A stretch of DNA of 56,445 nt, taken from Gemmatimonadaceae bacterium (lineage in GTDB: Bacteria; Gemmatimonadota; Gemmatimonadetes; Gemmatimonadales; Gemmatimonadaceae). The notes under the pieces were generated by a model. The model saw only the letters and a program-made list of their open reading frames with translations, had not been told where the DNA came from and did not search any database. The translations under genes and the position numbers were made by a program. Position 1 is the first letter of the stretch. Every line of letters starts with the position of its first letter. The stretch spans positions 1 through 56,445 of the forward strand of contig JBBDYC010000012.1 of NCBI GenBank assembly GCA_040901985.1, read 5' to 3'. This document shows positions 15,584 through 23,644 of this stretch, piece by piece.

Positions 15584-16759
15584 ATGAGCCAGCGAGGCGA
15601 GGCGGTGATTTCGGCGCGCGGCGCGCGACGATGGGCCGGCGGGCACCCGTGGATCTTCCGGTCCGACGTCGTGACGCGCCCGACGGCCGACGCCGGCGCT
15701 GTCGTCGTGACCGACCAGGGCGGGCGCGCGCTCGGCGTCGCGCTCTGGAGCCCGGCCTCGGAGATCTCGCTGCGATTCGTGGAGCGCGACCCCGCGGCGA
15801 CGCTTGACGCGGCGTGGTGGCGCGAGCGGCTCGCGGCGGCGATTGACCGCCGTGCCGGCATCCTCACGCCGGAGACCAACGCCTGCCGGCTGGTCCACGG
15901 CGAGGGGGATGGTCTGCCGTCGCTCGTCGTGGACCGGTTCGATCGTTGGCTGGTGGTGCAGTTCCTCTCGGCGGGCCTTGAGGCGTTCCGCGGTGAGGTC
16001 GTCGCGGCACTCGGCGCGCTGACTGGCGCAACCGGGATGCTCGCGCGCAACGACGCCTCGGTGCGCGGGCGCGAGGGGCTCCCGCGCGCGGTGGAACTGT
16101 TGGTGGGCGACGTGCCGGAGACGATCGAGGTCCGCGAGCAAGGGGTCCGGTACCTCGCGGCGCCACACACGGGGCAGAAGACGGGCGCCTTCCTCGACCA
16201 ACGCGAGGCGCGGGTGCTCGCGGGGAGTGCGGCCCGGGGCCGCGCGCTCGACGTCTTCAGCTATCACGGGTCATTCGCGCTACACCTGGCGCGGCGGGCG
16301 GAGTCGGTGCGGGCGGTGGATTCCTCGGCGGCGGCGCTCGCGCGCGTGGCCGAGAACGCGGCGCTGAATGGCCTGACGAACATCTCGACGGTCGAAGCGG
16401 ACGCCTTCGAGTTCCTCCGCGCCGAGGAGCGGGACGGGGCGAGCTACGACACGATCGTGCTCGACCCACCGGCCTTTGCGAAGAACCGGGGCTCCCTCGC
16501 CGGCGCGGTGCGCGGCTACCGCGAGATCAACCTGCGCGCCATGCGGCTCCTCGCGCCGGGGGGCGTGCTGTACACGGCGAGCTGTTCGTACCACCTGACG
16601 AAGGCCGATTTTCTGGAGGTCCTTCGCGCCGCGGCCTCCGACAGCGGACGGCGGGTCATCCTCCGCGGGCTCACCGCCCAGCCGGCGGATCACCCCGAGG
16701 TGCTGACGATCCCGGAGACTGGATACCTGAAAGGGGCGCTGCTCGAACTGCAGGGGTGA
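15584..16759 (+). CDS. rlmI: RlmI-like 23S rRNA m5C methyltransferase
   Basis: GHPWIF PUA domain, HGEGDGLPSLVVDRF, GQKTGAFLDQR, DVFSYHGSF, LDPPAF, ASCS, ETGYLK. Confidence 0.85.
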   Translation: MSQRGEAVISARGARRWAGGHPWIFRSDVVTRPTADAGAVVVTDQGGRALGVALWSPASEISLRFVERDPAATLDAAWWRERLAAAIDRRAGILTPETNACRLVHGEGDGLPSLVVDRFDRWLVVQFLSAGLEAFRGEVVAALGALTGATGMLARNDASVRGREGLPRAVELLVGDVPETIEVREQGVRYLAAPHTGQKTGAFLDQREARVLAGSAARGRALDVFSYHGSFALHLARRAESVRAVDSSAAALARVAENAALNGLTNISTVEADAFEFLRAEERDGASYDTIVLDPPAFAKNRGSLAGAVRGYREINLRAMRLLAPGGVLYTASCSYHLTKADFLEVLRAAASDSGRRVILRGLTAQPADHPEVLTIPETGYLKGALLELQG

Positions 16760-16827
16760 GGTGGGACGTGGGGGCACGCCGACGCCCGCGATTGACGCGG
16801 CCACGCGCGAGCCGCGACACTTCGGCG

Positions 16828-17712
16828 ATGCCCGACGCCCCGATCGTCGCGCCCGACCGCACCGGCGCCATCCAGCGGACGCTCGCCATCATCCTCGTCC
16901 TCAACGTGATGGTGGTGGCGGCGAAGCTTGTCGTCGCGCTGCGCACGGGAAGCCTGACCGTGATCGGGGCAACGCTCGAGAGCGCGCTCGACGCCATGAA
17001 CAATGTGGTGGCAATCGTGGTCGTGGCGCTCGCCGCGCGCGGACCCGACGACGACCACCCGTACGGCCACGACAAGTTCGAGACGATGGGCGCGTTGGCG
17101 ATCGTCGGCTTCCTCTCGATTTCCTGCTTCGAGCTGATCCACGGCGCGGTGACGCGGCTGCTCGAGCCGGTCCCGCTCGCCTACCCGGGCACGCCGGAAC
17201 TGCTGCTCCTTGGCGCGACGGGAATCGTGAATGTCGTGGTCGTCGCGTACGAACGGCGGCGCGCGGCCGAGCTCAGGAGTCCGCTCCTCCTGGCCGACGC
17301 GGCCCACACGATGGGCGATCTCGGCGTGACCGCGCTCGCGATCGCGTCCCTCGGGGCGGCGCGGCTCGGCTTCCCGTGGCTCGACCCCATCCTGGCAATC
17401 GTCGTCGCGCTGGTCATCGCGTGGAGTGGCTGGCAGATCCTGCGGGTCACGGTGCCGGTGCTGGTGGACGCGCGCGGCGTGTCGGCGGACAAGATCCGCG
17501 CGGCGACGCTCGGCGTGGCCGGCGTGGCGTCCGTGCCGACGATTCGGTCGCGGACGAACAGTTCGGGACTCGTCTTCGCCGACGTGACAATCACCGTCGC
17601 CGCGGAGATGCGCGTGGCGGCGGCCCACGCCGTGGCCGACGCCGTCGAAACGGCGGTCCGCTCGGCGCTCGACGGCGCGGCCGACGTCACCGTCCACGTG
17701 GAGCCGACGTAG
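16828..17712 (+). CDS. cation diffusion facilitator (CDF) transporter
   Basis: PDDDHPYGHDKFE, LLADAAHTMGD, AHAVADAVE, VHVEP; multiple TM helices. Confidence 0.93.
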   Translation: MPDAPIVAPDRTGAIQRTLAIILVLNVMVVAAKLVVALRTGSLTVIGATLESALDAMNNVVAIVVVALAARGPDDDHPYGHDKFETMGALAIVGFLSISCFELIHGAVTRLLEPVPLAYPGTPELLLLGATGIVNVVVVAYERRRAAELRSPLLLADAAHTMGDLGVTALAIASLGAARLGFPWLDPILAIVVALVIAWSGWQILRVTVPVLVDARGVSADKIRAATLGVAGVASVPTIRSRTNSSGLVFADVTITVAAEMRVAAAHAVADAVETAVRSALDGAADVTVHVEPT

Positions 17713-17790
17713 CGCGGCGGGGTTGTCCGCGTCGGGAAAGCCCCTAGCTTGGAGGCATCGTCCGCTCCCCTCCGCCCCCGCAAACCTGGC

Positions 17791-18570
17791 ATGGGCCTGC
17801 GTTCCTCCCTGCGGTCGCTGCGCGCCGAGTACAACCACTACGTCGAGCGCGAAGTCGAGGACTACAAGAACTCCGTCTCGACGGTGTTCCTGCACAGCAT
17901 CGCCACCGAGGCCGCGCGCACGCTCGATGAGGGCGCGCAGCTCGGGATGCGCGAGGTGCTCCTCGCCGACGAAGTGGACCGCATCATCGCCAAGCGGCTG
18001 CGCCTGCCGAGTTACGAAACGTGGCGCCGGCGGCGGCTGAAGAATGCGAGCGAACTCCGGCGGCCGGAGCACTGGGGCCTGCGCCCGGACACGCCGCTCA
18101 CCCGCGCGATCCCGCGACAGCCGAGCATGGCCTCCGTGCTGGTGGCCGGCCCGCGCCTCGAGGGCTCGGCGCTCTACCTGGCGGCGAACGGCTGCGAGGT
18201 GACCGCGGTGGAGTCGGAGGTGTCGGTGGTGAATAGTGTGCTGCGCGCGGCGCAGGATGCCGGGCTGACCGAGAAGGTGCGCGGCTTCGTGGCGGACCTG
18301 GTGAGTTTCACGCCCGACGGTCCGCTGGCAGCGGTGGTCTGCACGCCCGCGGCGTTCGCCGGACTTTCCGTGTTCGAGCGCGAGCAGGTGATCCGCCTGC
18401 TGCAGGAAGCGACGACGGACGGCGGCGTACACTTGATCGAGACCCTCGTCGCCGGCCACGCGGTGCTGAGCGAGGACGAACTTCGCTCGCGTTACAGCGG
18501 CTGGGAGATCTCGCTGGTGCCCGAGCCGGGTGCCTCGCAGACCTTCGTTGCGAAAAAGACGCTGATGTAA
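17791..18570 (+). CDS. hypothetical protein with degenerate class I methyltransferase-like domain
   Basis: SVLVAGPRLEGSALYLAANGCEVTAVE resembles TehB-type motif I but lacks GxGxG; LQEATTDGGVHLI. Confidence 0.65.
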   Translation: MGLRSSLRSLRAEYNHYVEREVEDYKNSVSTVFLHSIATEAARTLDEGAQLGMREVLLADEVDRIIAKRLRLPSYETWRRRRLKNASELRRPEHWGLRPDTPLTRAIPRQPSMASVLVAGPRLEGSALYLAANGCEVTAVESEVSVVNSVLRAAQDAGLTEKVRGFVADLVSFTPDGPLAAVVCTPAAFAGLSVFEREQVIRLLQEATTDGGVHLIETLVAGHAVLSEDELRSRYSGWEISLVPEPGASQTFVAKKTLM

Positions 18571-18778
18571 CGGATAGACACACCCGGGTGCATCTATGAT
18601 GTGTCGCCCTGCGACACCGGTGGCTCGCTCACACGCGACGCCAGCACCTAACTCACTATGCGGCAACAAGTTGACCGCTGGATGAAACGGGCACCCTTCG
18701 TGCGATGTCCTTCATATGGATGGACGTCGGCGAGTGCCGTCGATTTCAGTTGCCTTCAGTCCCGCGAGGGGACGACAA

Positions 18779-18943
18779 ATGGTGGAACGCGCATCGCAGG
18801 TCGGGTTGGCCGATGAGCCGGTGGGGATCGTGATTTCGCGTGGCAGTCGCGACGAGGCGATTCCGCGGTTCTCGGCCTACGTGTGGGGACCGGTGCCGGA
18901 TGAGCCGGAAGCGCACTCGGGCGGGAGCACGCGAGCGGCGTGA
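18779..18943 (+). CDS. small hypothetical protein, 54 aa
   Basis: GAGGGG RBS, ATG 18779, followed by an intrinsic terminator. Confidence 0.6.
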   Translation: MVERASQVGLADEPVGIVISRGSRDEAIPRFSAYVWGPVPDEPEAHSGGSTRAA

Positions 18944-18966
18944 ACGATCGGTGAAAGTTGAAAGGA

Positions 18967-18999
18967 GAAAGGGGGCCGCCTGTTCAGGCGGCCCTTTTC
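18967..18999 (+). terminator. intrinsic terminator
   Basis: GAAAGGGGGCCGCCTG-TT-CAGGCGGCCCTTTTC. Confidence 0.8.
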
Positions 19000-19071
19000 G
19001 TTCCGCGGCACCGGCGAGCCAGGCGGTCCCCGGCGCGCCCCGTTGACCTTACGCCTCTGACCCTGTCGTTC

Positions 19072-19114
19072 GAAAAAAGCACGCGGGGACCGGCGCAAGC
19101 GCCGATCCCCGCGT
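19072..19114 (-). terminator. intrinsic terminator of the Lys-rich microprotein gene
   Basis: Minus strand CACGCGGGGATCGGCGC-TT-GCGCCGGTCCCCGCGTG-CTTTTTTC. Confidence 0.85.
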
Positions 19115-19131
19115 GTGTGAAGCTGGACCGC

Positions 19132-19191
19132 CTACTTCTTCTTCGCGGCCTTCTTCTTCGTCGCCTTCTTTGCCTTCTTCTTGGCAGCCAT
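19132..19191 (-). CDS. 19-aa Lys/Ala-rich microprotein MAAKKKAKKATKKKAAKKK
   Basis: ATG...TAG ORF, AGGAG Shine-Dalgarno 8 nt upstream, every Lys codon AAG, own terminator downstream. Confidence 0.8.
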   Translation of the reverse strand: MAAKKKAKKATKKKAAKKK

Positions 19192-19252
19192 TGTACAATC
19201 TCCTGGTAAGGAGGGGTTCATCCCGGCCGATCCCCCGGTGGATCGGTGGGTC

Positions 19253-19279
19253 ATGCGAAGGCACTTAGGTCCTTCGCAT
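19253..19279. terminator. hairpin just after the tld operon
   Basis: ATGCGAAGG-cacttaggt-CCTTCGCAT, no clear U-tract. Confidence 0.45.
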
Positions 19280-19280
19280 C

Positions 19281-20657
19281 CTAGACAGCCTCGGAGAGGC
19301 TGGTAAAGTTGAAATCGCGAACCTTGAGCGCCGGCATCACCACTGCGCCACCGGCTTCCGTCCCTGCCAACCGCTCCGCCGCGCCGACCATCTCCAGATT
19401 GTTCAGCATGAAGAGCGGCGACTCATTAAACCGCAAATTCCGAATTGAGCGCGAAATTCTTCCCTCTTCAATAAGGAAAGTCCCGTCGCGTGTCAATCCC
19501 GTGTACAAAATTGTTCGCGGATCGACCTCGCGCAAATACCACAACCGGGTGACCAGGATGCCGCGTTCGGTGCTCCGGATCATCTCCTCCATCGTCGCCG
19601 CACCTCCCTGCATCTTCAGCGACGTCGCAGCGCCCGTCGCGACCTTCCCCTGCTTCTTCGCCCAGAACCGCGAGTACTGCAACTGCCTCAACTCGCCGCT
19701 CTCGACCCACACCTGACGCGCCAGCGGCATCCCCTCGCCGTCGAACGGCTGCGCGAGCAACTGCGGATCGGCGGGGTCGGAGAACAACGTCACCCGTGAA
19801 TCGACGATCTTCTCGCCGACTTTGTTACCGCCGCCCGGTTTCGAGAAGGGCGATCGCCCCTCGTCGGCCTGACGCGCGTCGGCGTAGAACGCGATGAGCT
19901 GCGCGAGATCGCCGACCGCCTGCGGCTCGAAGATCACGGTGTAGCGCCCGGGCTCGACGGCAACCGGCTGCCGCGACGTGCGCGCCTTGTCCATCGCGCG
20001 CGCCGAGACCCGCGCGAAGTCGATCTGCCGCCAGTCGGGATGATCTCCCGCCGCCCACCCCGACCCGGTGCCGTCGGTCGTCCTGACGGTCAGCGTGTAG
20101 TTGACGTTGGTCGCCGGATGGTAGGCGAACATCCCCTTCGCGTTGCCGAGCGCGCTGCAGCCGGCGCTGGCGACGAGGAATCCGGCGGCCTTGAGGTCGC
20201 CGGCGCCGCGCGCCGGCGCCGCCGCGGCGAGCGCGGCCTGCGCGCGCTCGGCGGCGCCAATTGCGGCAGTCGCCTCGACGTAGGAGTCCACCCGCTGGTA
20301 CTGCTGCGGCTCGAGCCCCGGCATCGCCTCCGGATCGTCGGGCGCAAGGCGGGCCAGCACCTCCGACTGCTCGACGCAGCGCCGGAGCGAGGATTCCGAC
20401 AGGTCGTTGGTCGTGACCACCGCGTGCTTGGGGCCGAAGGAGCTTTGGACGACGAGCTGGGCGTCAGTCACCGCCCCCGCCGTGCTCATCTGGTTGTCTG
20501 CGAAGCGTACGTTCGTGGTGTGGCTCGCGCCGAGGTTGACGCTGACCTCGTCGGCCTTGGACATCTTGACCGTGCGTTCAATGAGGGCCTGCGCGTCCTC
20601 GCGCGAGAGCACCGCGCCCGCCGGAACGCCGTCACGGAGCCGCTTGGGGGCGCTCAT
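19281..20657 (-). CDS. TldE/PmbA-family non-catalytic subunit (pair 2)
   Basis: VRFADN, EPGRYTVIFEP.AV, ERGILVTRLWY, TGLTRDGTFLIE.G, NLRFNESP; no HExxxH, no signal peptide. Confidence 0.9.
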   Translation of the reverse strand: MSAPKRLRDGVPAGAVLSREDAQALIERTVKMSKADEVSVNLGASHTTNVRFADNQMSTAGAVTDAQLVVQSSFGPKHAVVTTNDLSESSLRRCVEQSEVLARLAPDDPEAMPGLEPQQYQRVDSYVEATAAIGAAERAQAALAAAAPARGAGDLKAAGFLVASAGCSALGNAKGMFAYHPATNVNYTLTVRTTDGTGSGWAAGDHPDWRQIDFARVSARAMDKARTSRQPVAVEPGRYTVIFEPQAVGDLAQLIAFYADARQADEGRSPFSKPGGGNKVGEKIVDSRVTLFSDPADPQLLAQPFDGEGMPLARQVWVESGELRQLQYSRFWAKKQGKVATGAATSLKMQGGAATMEEMIRSTERGILVTRLWYLREVDPRTILYTGLTRDGTFLIEEGRISRSIRNLRFNESPLFMLNNLEMVGAAERLAGTEAGGAVVMPALKVRDFNFTSLSEAV

Positions 20658-22273
20658 CCCTTCCTCCCGGTATTGATCACGTTGACCTGACGGAACCGCG
20701 CCGGCGGCGAGCCGTGGCTGACCGCGTTCACCTGGCCGGGCTGGCCCTTGCCGTCGAAGAACGACCCCCCGAGCGAATAGCTTGCGCGCCCGCCGATCGC
20801 GTCCATCGAGTTCCAGAAGTCCGGCGTCCGAATCTGGTAGGCCACGTCCTTGAGCATCCCGGCGATCTTGCCGCCGCGGATCTCATAGAAGACCTGGCCA
20901 CCGAACTGGGCGTTGTAGCGCTGCTGGTCAATCGAGAATGACCCGTCGCCGACAATCGCGATCCCGCGGTCGGTCCCCGCGACGAGGTCGTCCCAGCTCG
21001 TCGTGTCGTTCGCCGGGAGGAGCGAGACGTTCGGCATCCGCTGGAACGCCACGCTGCTCCACGAGTCGGCGTACGAGCAGCCGTGCGATCGCACTGGGCG
21101 CCCCTGCTGCTCGTACCACCAGCGAAGCCACCCCGCCTGCTCGCGGGTGGTCTGGTAGTCGTTGAACATCCCGTTCCGGACAATCAGGAAGTCGTCGGGG
21201 CGCACGCCGTCGTCGTCGTAGCCGATGGTCGAGAGCGCGCCCTCCTGCGAGCGGTCGCCCTGCACGTTCATGAACTCGGGGCCGTACTTGAGCTTGCCGA
21301 GCTGCGCCTCCGGCGGCGCGATGAAGCTGGTGCCGGCGTAGTTGGCCTCGTAGCCCATCGCCCGGTCGAGTTCGGTCGGGTGGCCGATGGACTCGTGGAT
21401 GGTGAGCCACATATTCCCGGGGTCGAGGACGAGGTCGTACTTGCCGACCTCGACCGGCGTGGCGGTCAGTTTCTGCGCCGCTTCCTCGCCCCACTTCCGG
21501 GCGTTGGTGACGAGGTCGCAGGAAAGCACGTACTCCCAACCGCGGCCCATCGGCGCCGCCTCGACGCCCTGGCGGTTCTGGAAGTCGGAGAAGTCCGGCG
21601 CGACCGCGGTCGCGGTGAAGAGCGGCCAGCTCCGGATCAGGGTCTGGTCAATCACCGAGCCCTCGGTGCTGGCGAACTGCCGCTCCTGCTTCACGAAGAA
21701 GAGGATGGAGTTCACGAACCGCACATTGGGGACCTTGAGCGCCTCGGCGTTGGCCTTGAGGAGGAGGTCCACCTTCTGTTCGAGCGGGACCTCGAAGGGA
21801 TCCGTCTGGAATGCCGAGCGCCAGGTCGCGTTGGGATGGGCCTGCGCGGGCGCGAGCTCGACCGGGCGGTCGCGCGCGATGCGGTTGGCCCTGGCAATCG
21901 CCACCGCCTCGCGGGCCGCGCCGGTGACCGCGTCGCGCGTGAGGTGGCGGGTGGCGGCGAAGCCCCAGCAGCCATCAACGAGCGCACGGACGCCGCAGCC
22001 GAGCGTATCGGTGTCCACGACGTTGATGATCTGCTGCTCGCGGGTGACGACGAAATTCTGCCGGAATCTGGCGATGCGGCAGTCAGCGTAGCTGGCGCCG
22101 GCCATCTTGGCGGCGTTGATGGCGTCGAGGAGGAGTTCCTTGGACGCACCGCTCTGGAAGCGGTCGAGGTCCTCGTGGGCCGGGGCGGCGCCGACGCGAC
22201 GTGGGGCAGTCGCGAGGGCGAAGGCCGCGGCCGCGGCTCCGGTGGTCCGGAGGAAATCGCGGCGGTCCGTCAT
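20654..22273 (-). CDS. TldD-family metalloprotease with Tat signal (pair 2)
   Basis: MTDRRDFLRTTGAAAAAFALA; HESIGHPTELD; QRMPNVSL; SFSIDQQRYNAQFGGQ; DGKGQP. Confidence 0.93.
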   Translation of the reverse strand: MTDRRDFLRTTGAAAAAFALATAPRRVGAAPAHEDLDRFQSGASKELLLDAINAAKMAGASYADCRIARFRQNFVVTREQQIINVVDTDTLGCGVRALVDGCWGFAATRHLTRDAVTGAAREAVAIARANRIARDRPVELAPAQAHPNATWRSAFQTDPFEVPLEQKVDLLLKANAEALKVPNVRFVNSILFFVKQERQFASTEGSVIDQTLIRSWPLFTATAVAPDFSDFQNRQGVEAAPMGRGWEYVLSCDLVTNARKWGEEAAQKLTATPVEVGKYDLVLDPGNMWLTIHESIGHPTELDRAMGYEANYAGTSFIAPPEAQLGKLKYGPEFMNVQGDRSQEGALSTIGYDDDGVRPDDFLIVRNGMFNDYQTTREQAGWLRWWYEQQGRPVRSHGCSYADSWSSVAFQRMPNVSLLPANDTTSWDDLVAGTDRGIAIVGDGSFSIDQQRYNAQFGGQVFYEIRGGKIAGMLKDVAYQIRTPDFWNSMDAIGGRASYSLGGSFFDGKGQPGQVNAVSHGSPPARFRQVNVINTGRKG

Positions 22274-23644
22274 CTAGATGGCGTCACTCGAACTGGTGAA
22301 GGTGAAGTCCCGCACCTTGAGCGGCGGGGCCAGGATCGCCTGGCCGGGACCGCCCGCCTCGCTCGCGCTGACGCGTTCGGGACGGCCCATCGCCAGGAGA
22401 TTGTTGAGCATGAAGATCGGCGACTCGTTGTACCGGAGGTTCCGCACCGGCCGCGTGATGCGGCCGTTCTCGATGAGGAAGGTCCCGTCGCGCGTGAGGC
22501 CGGTGAAGAGGATTGTTCGCGGATCCACCGGCCGGATGTACCAGAACCGGGTGACGAGCAGGCCGCGTTCCGTGGACGCGATCATCTCCTCGACGCTCGT
22601 CTCGCCGCCGGCGATCGCGAGCGTGCCCCCGGTGCCGGTCTGCTCCTTGCCCGTGCGCTGCGCCCAGAACCGGTCGTAGGCGAGGTTCTTCACCACGCCG
22701 TTCTCGATCCACGTCACCGGGCGGTTGGGACTGCCGTCACCCCCGAAGGTGTTGGCGGGCACGCGGGGATCGAGTGGATCGGAGACGATCGTCACGCGTT
22801 CGTCCACGACCTTCTCGCCGATCTTGTTTCCGCCCCCGGCCTTGGAGAAGAAGGACCGGCCCTCGTCGGCGTTGCGGGCGTTGAGCGAGCCGGCGATCAG
22901 CTGGATCAGGTTGGCGGCGGCGGTGGGCTCGAGCACGACGGTGTAGCGCCCGGGCTCGATCGCCGCCGGGTTCGCCGACCGTTGCGCCTTTTCGATGGCC
23001 CGTGCGGCGAGCGCGTCCGGGTTGATCCGGCGGAAGTCGTTGTCCGACGCGCCGGCCCAACCGGAGCCGGTGCCGTCGGGCGTACGGACGGTGGTCGTGA
23101 ACGCGACGGCGGTGCTGCGGGCGTAGGCCAGCAACCCCTTGGAGTTGGCGATGGCGAACGAGTTTGCCTGCGCCTCGAGGTATCCGGTGGAGATCAGTCC
23201 GGCCCGCCGCGCCGGCTCGGTCACCGCCCGCACGGCCTCGGCGCGGGCCGCCGGCTCGAGCGACGCGGTCGCGTCGTTCCAGACGATTGGCTCCACGTAG
23301 CCCTGCGGCCCGAGCTCAGGGAGGAGTTCGGGGTCGTCTGGCGCCAGCCGCGCGATGCGCTCCGAGTTCTCGACCGCGGCGCGAATGGACGCGTCGTCGA
23401 GCCGGTTCACGGTGACCGAGGCCACCTTCTTGCCGAAGATCGAACGGATGGTGATCGCCGCGTCGTAGTTGTCGCCGGCGGTGGAGACCTGGTTCACGGC
23501 GAACCGGGTGTTGGAGCGCATCCCGCTGTTGAGCGTGACGCGGCACTCGTCGGCCGTGGAGAAGCCGAGCGCGCGCTTGACGATTGCCTCGGATTCGGCG
23601 CGGGAGAGATGGCGAGCGATGGCCTTGAGGGTCCGGGACGACAT
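22274..23644 (-). CDS. TldE/PmbA-family non-catalytic subunit (pair 1)
   Basis: Start MSSRTLK at 23644 (TGATG coupling, AGGAG RBS); same motifs as 19281..20657. Confidence 0.9.
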   Translation of the reverse strand: MSSRTLKAIARHLSRAESEAIVKRALGFSTADECRVTLNSGMRSNTRFAVNQVSTAGDNYDAAITIRSIFGKKVASVTVNRLDDASIRAAVENSERIARLAPDDPELLPELGPQGYVEPIVWNDATASLEPAARAEAVRAVTEPARRAGLISTGYLEAQANSFAIANSKGLLAYARSTAVAFTTTVRTPDGTGSGWAGASDNDFRRINPDALAARAIEKAQRSANPAAIEPGRYTVVLEPTAAANLIQLIAGSLNARNADEGRSFFSKAGGGNKIGEKVVDERVTIVSDPLDPRVPANTFGGDGSPNRPVTWIENGVVKNLAYDRFWAQRTGKEQTGTGGTLAIAGGETSVEEMIASTERGLLVTRFWYIRPVDPRTILFTGLTRDGTFLIENGRITRPVRNLRYNESPIFMLNNLLAMGRPERVSASEAGGPGQAILAPPLKVRDFTFTSSSDAI

